DNA of 64,000 bases from Adineta vaga (GCA_021613535.1 CP075492.1:13454001-13518000), one strand, 5' to 3'. Shown: positions 23,128 to 35,140, counted from the first letter of the stretch. Notes: generated by a model not told the origin, from the sequence alone. Program-made: numbers and translations.

Positions 23128-24485
23128 TCAGTTGGAGTGATAAATAACTTTCATCCAAGAAGAACCAGTATTAGTCGTCGCACCACATCTATATCCACCA
23201 TTAGCTTTGGTATGCCAGCATAAACGATACTCAGCGTTTGTATTTTGGGTATCACAACTGCTTCTTGATACTGTATCGCTACCGTTTACAAAACCCCATG
23301 AATATGAATCAGAAAAATACCATCCAACACCATTAGCTACATGAGTACAGCTGCTTGTGGTATTACAGTCATAAAGAACGTCAGCTCGGTTACCCATTGC
23401 TGCAACAGCCAAAGTTTCATTATTGACTTCTCGACATCCAAGTAATAATTTGGCTTGATTACACGAAGACAATATCGTGGAAATATCGAGTGAAGTCATA
23501 CTGGACGAATATGTTGCATTATAACATAGTGACCATCCATTTGGCAGTGAATTCGGATTGAGATTTAGCTGGACTCCACTAAGAGATAATAACACTAGAC
23601 AAAAGATACATATTCATGTTAATAAGCTATTCGAACTAGGAATTCAGACCTGTTACAGTCGTTGTTGTCTTTGTGGTCGTTGTTGTTGTTTTTGTTGTTG
23701 TTGTTGTTGTTGTTGTTTTTGTTGTTGTTGTTGTTGTTGTTGTTTTTGTTGTTGTTGTTGTTGTTGTTGTTTTTGTTGTTGTTGTTGTTGTTGTTGTTGC
23801 TAAAATATTTGTTTTCGAATAATTTAATAAAGAAAAAATTTTACGTACAAGTCGTAGTTGCAACAGTTGTCACTAGAAAAAAAAGACATTTATAAGTGGG
23901 TTTATGATTTATTAGTATCTGTTCGATATTATCTTAGACGCTATAAAGTCTTAGTATGTGTTGATTTGTCAATAGTTTGACGCAAATCACTACTGCACTC
24001 ATATAAATCTGAGCACTATATATATCTTCAAGAGTTCTGTGAGAACGCAGTGACATCAATGAATCGTCTACAAACGAGACGAATGGGTAACAATCAACTA
24101 TTCAAGCGAAACCTATCTCAGAAGTATGAATAGTATGGTGGCGTACAAGTTGAAAAAAGGGCTGCGTTTTTCTAAACATACCTTCATCAGCATAAAAGCG
24201 ATTGAAGTTCACAATGATACCAGTTGCTGATGCAACAAGATTTCCAGCTACAAACGCTTCATTGAACATCTTACATGAAGGCGATGCTAGACGATCAAAA
24301 ACAACGATATTACACGTTGAAATTTGATGTGTACATCGTGCAATACACAGCAGTTTTGAATTGATAACAAACTGATCAACTGGGGAACTATTCGTTCGAT
24401 AACTCATGTGATTATACTCACGACTTATTGTCTGCTGAAGTGTACTTCTAATGCAGATAGCAATATAGTAATATATCCAAAGCAT
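23128..24485 (-). CDS. Secreted protein: PAN/Apple-like domain + poly-Thr mucin-like stalk + unnamed Cys/Trp domain (copy 3); exons 24485-24182, ~23873-23850, ~23799-23650, 23595-23128
   Basis: Signal peptide, CIARC..C.IVVF....C.MF motif, (T8K)n exon and phase-1 GT-AG introns. Confidence 0.8.
23660..23800 (-). repeat. Coding (ACA)n microsatellite with a 27-bp higher-order unit encoding T8K
   Basis: (TTG)n runs punctuated by TTT on the + strand; translates as TTTTTTTTK repeats on the - strand. Confidence 0.95.
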
Positions 24486-25510
24486 TAGTGATAGGCACGC
24501 TATTTCTCTCTGTCAATTGAAGAAATGAATAGAACTCAATTCTATTTCAATCGAAAGAGATCTTTTGTTTCTCTATTTGTTTTATGGAAAAATGTACGCA
24601 ATCGATAAGCATCCGATAGATGTACATTTTTAAAATTTGATTGCTGTTTCTTCACGGGAATAATACATGATTTAGTAAACAATCGTGCGGATATTTTTCT
24701 TTGTTCTAATACCGTGTTGTGTAAATAGATAAAAGAATCGATTGTCTGTTGTTTTCTTTTCATTTCGAAGACAAAAACGGGAAATTCTGTTCTGTTCTGA
24801 TTGTTGAATGTACGTAGATATAATCACTCGTATTTTGAAAAAGAAATTAATCTCATAATTAAAGTAACAAAAATAAACTGAGTAATTGAATGCTGGTTTT
24901 TTTTAAACCAACAATATTTTTAACAAAAAAATAATTACCGATACATTTTTTAGTTCATAGTAAAGTTAGGATAATACTACGCGCACTTGCATTATTTTAT
25001 ATTTATATATAGAATATTAGTGGGTTTTTTGTCTCATTCACATTTAAATTAGCTTAACATTTTTAATCTAATTTTGATTAGATTTGCACTCAATGCTCTA
25101 ACTCATAATTATCGCTATATATAAATAATCATTGTCAGTAGGAAAAAACAAAGAGATCCCGAACACTATGAAGATCTGTCTGTAAATATCAAAAATAATT
25201 CTTTCTTTCTTTCTCTCTGTTTTTGATTCAAACAAACTTTCTTACATAATATTCTTTTACTTATCGTTAAATTAAATCTATATATACACGATATAATATC
25301 CTGAGCGTGTCTGAAGAGTTTTTTTTAACAAAAGTATAGATAATCATGATTTATTGTCACAAACATTCAACATACGATAATTATGTATTAATATCCTGCA
25401 AAAAAACAAGTTTCAAAAATATCTTTGACTCTTGCTTCTCTTTATCTCATTTTCTACTCATTATCATATATAAAGCTTCAGAAATCTCGCTTTAATATAC
25501 TTTGAAAACA

Positions 25511-26488
25511 ATGTTAATCAACGAAAGTGATCTTTTATCGGAAGAAACAACTGTCGCCAGTTCTTATTCGACATCCTTTCAAGGTAATCGAATTAAATTT
25601 TGGATTTTACTTTCTTTTCAACTATTTTCGGTTCCATGTTTTCTCTATGTTCTATATCAGTTTATATTGAAAAAACGAATTCTTCAAACTCTTCATCATC
25701 ATGTTGTCCTTCTTCTTCTCATTATTTCATTCTTATTTGTTACAATCAATCTTTCTCTCTCTCTTGCATTCATGTACACTTCTCGCGTTTCACCTGCAAG
25801 TGATCTTTTTTGTACATTATGGAATTGGTTTCATTATTCTTTAAATATAATCAATCTTTTCCTGATGGCTTTTGCCAGTATTGAACGTAATTGGATTATC
25901 TTCTATCCTAAATTTACTGACACGAAATTAAAAAGATTCATTTTTCATTATTTGCCGATCATTTTTTGTATTCTTTATCCACCAAGTTTCTATATTGCTG
26001 CTATGTTTATTCATCAATGTGAAAACTATTATGATTATACTCAATTGTTATGTACATGGCCTTGTTATTTTTACAATACGAAATGGACAAATATGGATTT
26101 ATTTTTCAATAATTATACTCCATTAATTTCAATTCCAATCTTTTGTTCACTGTTGTATATTCGTGTATTTATACAAAAACATAAATTGAAACAGCAAAGA
26201 TTTAAATGGCGTCGTGATAAAAAATTAATTCTTCAATTATGGTCACAATCAAGTTTATATTTAGCCATGTGGATGCCATTACAAATATGTGGATTGATTA
26301 ATTTATACTGGAATCCATACTTTTTAATTCAAGCTCAAATTGATTATATGTATTTATTTCCATATTTAATCCATTTATTCTATCCTTTTATTGTTTTAAT
26401 TAGTTTTCATCATGAAATATCCTCACCTAGACAAGTAACAGCCACTGTGTATCCAATGGTTGCGTTAAGAATGATGCACACTAAATAA
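25511..26488 (+). CDS. Rhodopsin-class GPCR, single exon
   Basis: Seven hydrophobic segments, C..W in TM3, ASIERN (DRY-like) and YPFI in TM7. Confidence 0.85.
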   Translation: MLINESDLLSEETTVASSYSTSFQGNRIKFWILLSFQLFSVPCFLYVLYQFILKKRILQTLHHHVVLLLLIISFLFVTINLSLSLAFMYTSRVSPASDLFCTLWNWFHYSLNIINLFLMAFASIERNWIIFYPKFTDTKLKRFIFHYLPIIFCILYPPSFYIAAMFIHQCENYYDYTQLLCTWPCYFYNTKWTNMDLFFNNYTPLISIPIFCSLLYIRVFIQKHKLKQQRFKWRRDKKLILQLWSQSSLYLAMWMPLQICGLINLYWNPYFLIQAQIDYMYLFPYLIHLFYPFIVLISFHHEISSPRQVTATVYPMVALRMMHTK

Positions 26489-26731
26489 ACTCATTGACTC
26501 TTTTATAATTATATTATTCTTCTTCAAATAAAAATGATTCTTTCTTCGTACGTATATCATTGAATGCATACAGGTGAGCATACAAATGAGGAAATCATTC
26601 ATGCATTCATAAAGATTCTGTCTAAATATATCGAAATACTGACGTCAATCTTTTGAAGTATATGAAAGAAAAAAAATATATATACATCAAGCTTTTATAT
26701 TATCTCTAAATTAACAAAGTTAATAAGAGGG

Positions 26732-27084
26732 ATGGGTAAGATTTTATTTTTGACTGAAAAATAGTATGTTTATGATGGATGATATTTCAATTAGATTTTA
26801 TAACGAATCAAGTTGAGAAAAAGACTGGTTTAGATGTGAATCAAGATGGATTTGTTGGAGGAATAAAAAATACTGAAAAACAGTATGGTGTTGATATCGA
26901 TAGAGATGGATATGTTGGAGGAGAAGGTAATAATTTTCTTGATTGATTTTTCAATATTTTGAAATATCATTTCTTAGGTATCGAAAGCAAAGTAGAACGA
27001 AAAGCTCGTGTTGATATTAATAATGATGGAATTATTGGTCGTCCTTTAGACACGATACCCGGTGGTTATAATGGTCCTCGTTAA
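26732..27084 (+). CDS. 80-aa microprotein with three Dx[DN]xDG repeats; exons 26732-26735, 26795-26926, 26978-27084
   Basis: Splices to MDFITNQVEKKTGLDVNQDGFVGGIKNTEKQYGVDIDRDGYVGGEGIESKVERKARVDINNDGIIGRPLDTIPGGYNGPR*. Confidence 0.78.
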
Positions 27085-27341
27085 AATTATCATTTCTACA
27101 AACTGAATCTATTCTTAGGAACAAAATTTTTCCTATTTTTTCTCTCGCATGTAATCTGTAACATTACTTTATTAAAACATAATAAATTCATTTAAGATTA
27201 TGTCTGCTCGAATGATTGCCCTTCTACAGATTATCTTTATACATTAACTGGTGAAACAGTTTTTCCACAAGTACTTTTTCATGTTGTACAATCTAAATAG
27301 ATTGTTAATATATTAGACTGTAGAAAAATAGATAGAGGATA

Positions 27342-29120
27342 TTAATCGAGTTGTGCACGAAAATTGAATCGATCTGGTGGAGCTGTATCACCATTCAATG
27401 TAAAATCACTCCATGTTCCATCTTGTTGAATATTGTCTGCCCATTTAAAATCAATAGTAACAAAAGAGGATGAAATACCTAGAAATTTTCGAGGTATCAT
27501 CAGTTCAAGTTCTTTATCACGCATAGCATATGCTATCGTAGATACTCTGATCCAAACATACGAATCACTGTTATTGTTACGTTCGAGGAATGTTTCTTGA
27601 GATGATTGAATATGTCGATTGATTACAAAATCATAACCAAGCCAGCCAGTTGTATAATTAGCATCAATATTAAGAAAGAGTAACATCCAATTTGTGTCTG
27701 TATAATTTGTTGTTCGATTAGAAGTACGTACATAGAAATAAACATAATCTTCATTATAACTCACTTTACTTTCAATAATATCGTTGCGACCAGTAAAATT
27801 AATATAAGGACCTGCTTTTCCACTACCGGAATAATTTCGATACACAGGTGTACCTGGATCTGCTTGAAAACTTGGTTGTACAGGTATCCAATCTTCGAAA
27901 TGACCATCAATTATGATAGGACTTGGTTTCACTGGTGTTAATGATCGCACACCTTTGTAATGTCGAACATAATCTACTAATTGATAATAATAATCATCAC
28001 CATGACCACCAGTCATTGGTTCAATATCTCGGCTGAATTCTTGAATAAATTCATCGACAAAAATCACCGGTGGAGCCGTCCATCGACTCCATGAAGCATA
28101 TCTGCCAGCTGTCCATTCATTCCATCCTGTAATAAAAATAAACAATGGATCGATTTCTAATGCACGCTGCCATTGTTCAGCAAAATTCAATCCCCAATTG
28201 ACAGCATCGGTTCGATTATCCATTGAATTATTATGATAACTACGACCAAATGCTCCCTTCCAACTCATTGGTGCAGTTGAATTATATTGTATTGTATTAT
28301 AATTTTGTGCAACACCAACAGCTGCTTCTTCATTTTCACCTTCGCTATTTGGAAATACATGTTGAGGATAAATTTCAAGCCATGCCCATTGATTTGGTCC
28401 AGTTGGACCTTGATTATATGGTGCAATATTACGACGTAATGTAAAAAATTGACGAATATCCTCATCAACATAATCTGGATCAGCTAACATTAAAGGTTTA
28501 TCTTTCCAATGAAACCATAGATCAGCATAGGATGCATTTGCATACAAATCTTCATAGATTGCTCGTGTTGTTTTTCTTCCCATATCATCTGGATTGCCAA
28601 ATGGACATAGAAAAGCAATTTGTGGTGTTCGTCCACCTTTTGCTCGAATGTCTGTATAAATACGACATAATTTTTGATAATTATCACGAAAAGTAACGCC
28701 ATTTGAAACATCAAAAATAATCACATCGACACCAGCATTAACAATCATCGATGCATGTTTACGTAAAATAAAATCATCATCAATCATATAATAACCAAAA
28801 AGACTTTCACCCCAATAATGAGAATAACCAAGTGGTCCCCAATGAGAATCGCTGATATTATAAAGTGCTTCTGGATGTGCTTGAAGGATTTTTGATACAT
28901 CATAAGGTCCATTGATTGATCCATCATGACCAAGATGTAAAAAATAGAACATTCCAATGGTACGATTAGCACGTGGTGGACCAACTTGACTAGCATTGGA
29001 TAGAGCTCTACCAAGTCCATCCACAGCAACCCAAGTATCACTTTGAATTTCTTGTTGACTCAAATAGATATGAAATGTAAGAATGAAAAGAAGATAAATC
29101 AACAATAGCATTCTTCTCAT
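27342..29120 (-). CDS. Secreted bacterial-type putative glycoside hydrolase (GH99/GH71-like TIM barrel + C-terminal beta domain), intronless
   Basis: Signal peptide MRRMLLLIY...; motifs HYWGE..FGYY, AGVDVIIFD, ITGWNEW and SRDIEP. Confidence 0.75.
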   Translation of the reverse strand: MRRMLLLIYLLFILTFHIYLSQQEIQSDTWVAVDGLGRALSNASQVGPPRANRTIGMFYFLHLGHDGSINGPYDVSKILQAHPEALYNISDSHWGPLGYSHYWGESLFGYYMIDDDFILRKHASMIVNAGVDVIIFDVSNGVTFRDNYQKLCRIYTDIRAKGGRTPQIAFLCPFGNPDDMGRKTTRAIYEDLYANASYADLWFHWKDKPLMLADPDYVDEDIRQFFTLRRNIAPYNQGPTGPNQWAWLEIYPQHVFPNSEGENEEAAVGVAQNYNTIQYNSTAPMSWKGAFGRSYHNNSMDNRTDAVNWGLNFAEQWQRALEIDPLFIFITGWNEWTAGRYASWSRWTAPPVIFVDEFIQEFSRDIEPMTGGHGDDYYYQLVDYVRHYKGVRSLTPVKPSPIIIDGHFEDWIPVQPSFQADPGTPVYRNYSGSGKAGPYINFTGRNDIIESKVSYNEDYVYFYVRTSNRTTNYTDTNWMLLFLNIDANYTTGWLGYDFVINRHIQSSQETFLERNNNSDSYVWIRVSTIAYAMRDKELELMIPRKFLGISSSFVTIDFKWADNIQQDGTWSDFTLNGDTAPPDRFNFRAQLD

Positions 29121-29995
29121 CTTGTAAATTCTAAAATGTGACTGACAATATTCAAGATAAATATCTTTTTTATCTAACATAAAAAAGTACATTTTTCAAT
29201 TTAATCAAATGTGATGAAATCTATTATAAACGTTTTATTATTCATTCAATAATTTGGATATTGAATCATATATATATATATATATTACAATAATCAATAT
29301 TTTTCTATTATTATATCTATGCATTCTGGACATATATTATTTTGTTGATTATAATCATTAATAAATCTATTTTCTAATAATATCGACTTTTGTCTGCATA
29401 ATTACGCGTGTGGAAAGACGATTATCAAAAAGAACAAGAATTTGTTGTGATAAACAATATATAACATATCTTAACAGAGTTATCAACCTTGTACAGATCT
29501 ATTAATTTGACATACTACTTTGATCTGTTCTTTCGCTTCATATCTATATAATCAACGTCGAAAGAAAGGACAAGAACTAGAAAAATAATTATATATACAT
29601 AACTCTTTGCTTAACAAATGAGATAGCAACGATAGAGAAAAAAAATAATTAAAGCAAATTAGTAACGTTTTGTTATATGCAAGTTGCATGTCGAAGACAT
29701 TATGAGGAAAAAATGATTTAATGCGTGTGCAAAACAAGACTGTAAAAGCAATCAACATATTTTCATAAATCTAACTTACATGTTGACAGAAATCGGAAAA
29801 GAACAAGACCATATATCGTCTAGCCTAATGCCTCAGAGAAATTGTTTATTTCGATTGTATTGATTATATATATATATATATGTAAGTGTTAAATTTGATC
29901 GCTCGTTACTTTCGCTTCGCTAAAACATTCACAAAGATACGAATGAATATATATTTTCCTATGTAAACATTCTATTTGATACTTTAGAAATAAAG

Positions 29996-32900
29996 ATGAG
30001 TGAAGATTCATCGCGAAATTGTTTTATTGCTGCTTATTTATATTTGATTCGTAAAATTCGTGAATTAAATTTATTTTCTTCAAATCCATTTTGGACACCA
30101 TCATTGAATTCTTCCGAACAAATTCTTAGTACACGACTTTTTCTCTTCTTTCTTTTCATTTCATTACTTACTGTTATTACATATACAAGTCTTATTATTC
30201 GAACACATAGTATTACTCTAGAGAAATTTACTCGTCAAGATTTCGAACAACTTCAATCACAATATCCAACAACAATTAATGTTCCTTGTAGTCAAGTTGC
30301 TAATCCTTATCATAAATTCATTCATTTATCACCAAAATTTCATCCCGTATGTTCAAGTTCATTTGTTGAAAATCAATGGATATCATCGTTGTTTCTACCG
30401 AATAAAACATTTGATAATGTACTTGATTTTCGTACATTTCTATTCGCTCAATTTCAATCACTTGCTTTACTTTGTCAAACAGCTATTCAAGCTGTTAATG
30501 ATGGACTTCGTACATTTAATTCGACTCAATTAGTAACAGGTCAAGTTTTTTCACGTCCAGAATTTAATGAAATTGTTGATGTTATTACAACGAATTTTCA
30601 AGATAATCTTCTTGCAAATGAAAATCGTACAACAAACGTTATTCTTCTAGCTATAACTCAAAATGGTTTTATGTCAGCATTACGTACAAATTATTTTATT
30701 CAATCAAAAAATTTACGTGATAATTTTCTCATCTATAGTGAATTATATCTTCGAAATGATTCAAAAACTTCCTGTAATTGTCGATTAGAAGAAAATCAAT
30801 GTACTTATCCAGCACATCTTTTTCCCAATGCATCATCAACAGAATATGATAAATTATCTATGTCAGATGCCACTGCTGGTTTAAAAGTTAGGAAGAAAAA
30901 AAAAGAAACATAAAGTTGAAATGAATTTTGTTTTACTATAATTTTTAGATTCCGGGTTTAATGGCGGGATGTTTACCAATGGAATCTCTTCGAAAATCAA
31001 CACTTGAATGTCTTTATAATCAATCTTGTATTGATATATTAGCACTTCAACAGAATATATCACGACCAAAAGCGTTAGAAAAATCTTTGAAATTTTCAGA
31101 AAATTTAACAGTTGGTTCAATGTTTGATCAATCATTATTTATTGAATTATGGGAGAATCAAACAAGTTATGAAGATTATTTTACACTCTGTGCACCTCGA
31201 TCATTAACTTATACTTATAAAGGTCGATTTCGACTTGCTGCTATTATTGCTATGTCCATTAGTGCTTTTGGTGGTTTAGCCGTTCTTTGGGAATTCATTA
31301 CTCCTGCTATTGCTAAAATTTGGCATTTAATTCAACGAAAAAAACGACGAGTAGATCTTCCCAAACAATCTCCGTCTACTTCACGAAAAAAAGGTTTTGT
31401 ATAATTCATACTTATTCATTTAAATAAATAAAAATAAAACAATTTTAGTGGTAACATCGTATGTACAACGACGAGTTCGAATGTTTAATTTATTTCCACC
31501 TGATGATGAAAATGATCTTGAAGAAGAACGTGTTGGAATTATTAGTACTCGTCTTTATATTTTCTTTCTTTTATTCGGTTTATTAATTCTCGGATTTGCT
31601 ACATCACTTGTTCAACGTCGTCAAACATATACAGTAACATCGCCCAGATTATCTGAATATGAAGAATTACGATTTCTTCATTCATCAACATTAGTTTGTA
31701 CATGTTCACGTTTTTCTATGTCCTATGGACGTATTATGTCTATATCACCTCGATATCATCCAATATGTTCAAGTAAATTTATAACAAAAACTTGGTTATC
31801 TTATTTTGAATTATTTGAAGTGAATTTAAATTCAACATTTTTCATTGCTCGAGATTTTCGTATAAGTGGTCAATCATTTTTCAATATTATACGTGATCTA
31901 TGTCATACAGCGAAAGGAACAGTTGAACATGCTATCCGTTCATTTCAATCTCGTCGTTTAGTAACAGTTAATGTTTTATCTTATAAAAGATTTCAAGATC
32001 AAACAAAACAACGTTTAAAACAATTTGAAGAAGAAACAAAAGCATATTATGTGAATTTACCTGAATTACTTCGTTCGTCATTTCATATTAATCATTTAAT
32101 AACAAATGCATTAACAAGTGCAGCATTTTCAACAATATTTGATAATCAAACATCGAAATGGATGCCAAGTTTCTATTCTCAAGATATTCATAATAGTTCA
32201 TGTTCATGTGCAATCTCTTCACAATGTGTTCGACCACAAGGTTTTTATCTTCAAGATGATAGTGATAATCTTCATCCAAAAGTTATCATACCAGGTTTAT
32301 ATCATGGTTGTTATACAATTGATTCAATACTTTTATCGAATCTTGAATGTTTATTCAATAAAATTTGTTTTCAACTTCTGTTAGATATGTATCATTATGA
32401 TGCAGCTGATTTACTTCAACCATTAGATAATCAAATTCGTCAAATTCAACCTCTTGAAAACGTCAATAGTCGATTTTCACCAAATACACCAATAGAAACA
32501 CTTGTTTCACAATTATTTATAGAAGATTGGGGAACAACAAGAAATTTTACGGCTTATTATGAACGATGTATACCAAAAGAATGTACTTATAGTTTAACAG
32601 GACGTTTCGATCGTACATATATGATTGCAACAATGTTAGGTTTTTATGGTGGATTAGGTGCTATTTTAGATATTATTTTACCTCATATCGTAAGATTCAT
32701 AAGACGACGTTGGACAAATCGACGAACGAATACGAGAGTAACAACAACAGCAGCAGCAGGTAAAAGTTCATTGTTCGGATTGTTTTCAATTGAATTAAAT
32801 ATCTATTTAGATCAACGAGAAAGATCTTCATCGTGCCATTCGATATGTCAAAAAATACGATCATTAAATTTATTTTCCAGTAAAGAAAGTTCAAAAAATG

Positions 32901-34002
32901 AACAAATGAAACATGAAGAAATAATTGCTACTCGAATTTATCTTATTCTATTTATTCTTGGTCTCATTACTGTTATTCTCTATGCTGGTCCATTTACAGA
33001 AGAAACAAAAACTACTACAATTAATTTTCCGACATCTGAGGTTGTCAATAATCTTCATTCTCGTAATATTTCAACATTATCATGTCCCTGTTCAACTGCA
33101 GCTATTCGATATTCAAAATTTTTATCGATTATTCCCGAATATCATTCAATATGTTCAAGTAATTTTGTAAAACCATCTTATTTAATTAGTCTTGTGGAAA
33201 AACGAGATCCAACTTCAACTCATATAGCAACTCATTATAGTATTTTATCATCACTTTGTCAACAAGCACAACGTATTGTAAAACGTGCTCTCGATACGTT
33301 TGCTGCTCATGAATTAGTCAGCGCAGAAACGATGACATACGCATCATTTCTTACTCAAACAGAATCACTTCTTTCAAAAATAATTTCACAAATTCCTTCG
33401 GATTATCGTCGAACTATAACATTGATTACTCGTTCCTATGGTGTTAATCATTTATTGAATGTTTTTACGAAAAATTGGAAACTTGAATTTACAGATGAAA
33501 CTGAAAAATATATTATGAAAACTTACCCATATCGTTTTCCATCGTCAAAATGTACTTGTGCTTTATCCTATGATTGTACTGAAGAAGTTTACGAAAATAT
33601 CGTTAGTGGTTGTTTTCCTTTTGATGGTTTTCGTTTATCAAAATTCGATCAAAATATGACATTTGGTGATTTAAATGAAAAACTTTTTGTAGAAAAATGG
33701 AAAAATCGTAGTAATTATACAGCTTATTTTCAAGCTTGTCGTCCATTAGTATGTCATTATACATTACCTGATAAAAATAATCCTATTCAAATGTTAATGA
33801 CAGTTCTTGGAATATATGGAGGTAAACAAATACAGATATTCGATAAAAATAAATAACATGATTGATTCGTTCTGATTTTTTAGGTTTAATATTAGCTTTT
33901 CGTTTAATTGTTGGTCAATCTTTATACGCATATCAATGGTGTTCTAGAAGACATCGTCAACATCAAGTAGAAATACCATTAGATAACCCGATGATAATGT
34001 AA
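29996..34002 (+). CDS. Membrane protein with three tandem two-TM, Cys-rich-loop modules; exons 29996-30886, 30949-31393, 31449-32759, 32811-33821, 33884-34002
   Basis: Each module reads [LF]NLF..[SA]TR[LI][FY]-TM1..C..P.[FY]H..CSS.F..C.C...C..GC..LF[IV]E.W...Y[FY]..C.P...Y..TM2 with GGL. Introns are canonical. Confidence 0.88.
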
Positions 34003-34319
34003 AAAAATTGATTATAAACTTTTATTTTTTGATTGTAAAATATTCATCTAGTTTCTTATAAAATAAATATAAATCCATACTGTATAAAATATGTTCGGAT
34101 TGCTTAATTGAATTTGAGAGCAACAAGCAAAGAAGGGTGGGTGTGGTATTTTAGCTGGTCTCCCTTATTATTGTGGTGATAATGGAGCAAGGATAGCAAT
34201 ATGCATGAATGGTCTAGCCAATATGATCTCAACATCTGCTCTATTATGGAAATTAAATTTCTACGCATCAAGTGGTAGTTTTGATAAACTTTCGAATATA
34301 ATCGATGATTCTGTATATA

Positions 34320-35140
34320 CAGGTCAATTACGTTAATTTTAATAGTTTTGTGTAATTTGGTATATTAGTGTGAAACATTGGAAGTTTATTATTTTGGTAC
34401 AGTTAGATAGAGCGTTCATTGCTCTATTGAATCATAGAGTATGTTAAAGTTGAAAAAAATATATCAGAAGATGCAGCATCAAAAGTTCCATAGGTTACAC
34501 GATCGAACGCATATTATTTGTGTAGTTTTTTGTTTTCTAAGAAAGGAAAATTCAGTGCGACCGACTTTTTTCATATTGGAGTAACAAGAAATTCTTTTCC
34601 TAATTTTGTATTTCTACCATCCAATATGCCTTTGAAGAAACAGAAAAATATACCAAAAGATCCAGCTTGAAAAGCTCTACATTTTACACATTGCACCTAT
34701 TTTGAGATTGTGAAAGACAAGGTAAAAAAATACTCTGAAACCAATTATCTCGCGATCGAATTTTGGGTGAACAAACTGTTGTCAGTTTTAAGGAAATAAA
34801 ATAAAAGTAGATAATGAACCATTCTATGTAAATTGTAGAGCTTTTCACGCTAAATCTTTTGGTATATTTTGTTTCAAAGAAATTTCAAAAAATTGTGCTG
34901 ATACAAAAACAAAACATACTTTGCCTCTTTTCAATCGGCTGTTTTTTCAAAAAAAATTTTTAAGTGTTGTTTAAGATTTTCAAAAATTTTGGACCAAAAA
35001 CGAAGAATCTAAAATGTAAACTATATGATTCGATAGAGCAATCAACGCTCTATCTAACTATACCAAAATAATAAACTTTCAATGTTTCACATTAATATAC
35101 CAAATTACACAAAACTATTAAAATTAACGTAATCGACCTG
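34320..35140. mobile_element. Non-autonomous Tc1/mariner-type element (MITE), 821 bp
   Basis: ~120-bp imperfect TIRs (CAGGTCAATTACGTTAATTTTAATAG... / ...CTATTAAAATTAACGTAATCGACCTG) flanked by TA at 34318-34319 and 35141-35142; no transposase. Confidence 0.92.

Noticed and set aside
23558-23895. Poly-Cys and poly-Leu ORFs on the + strand
   Set aside because: They are antisense readings of the (ACA)n Thr-coding microsatellite; splice sites support only the - strand exon.
32760-32810. ORF track reads through this segment as coding
   Set aside because: It is a 51-nt GT...AG intron that happens to be in frame and stop-free.
34090-34317. Coding-like stretch (GGCGILAGLPYYCGDNG...) next to the MITE
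   Set aside because: No start or recognisable family; possibly a relic but not supportable.
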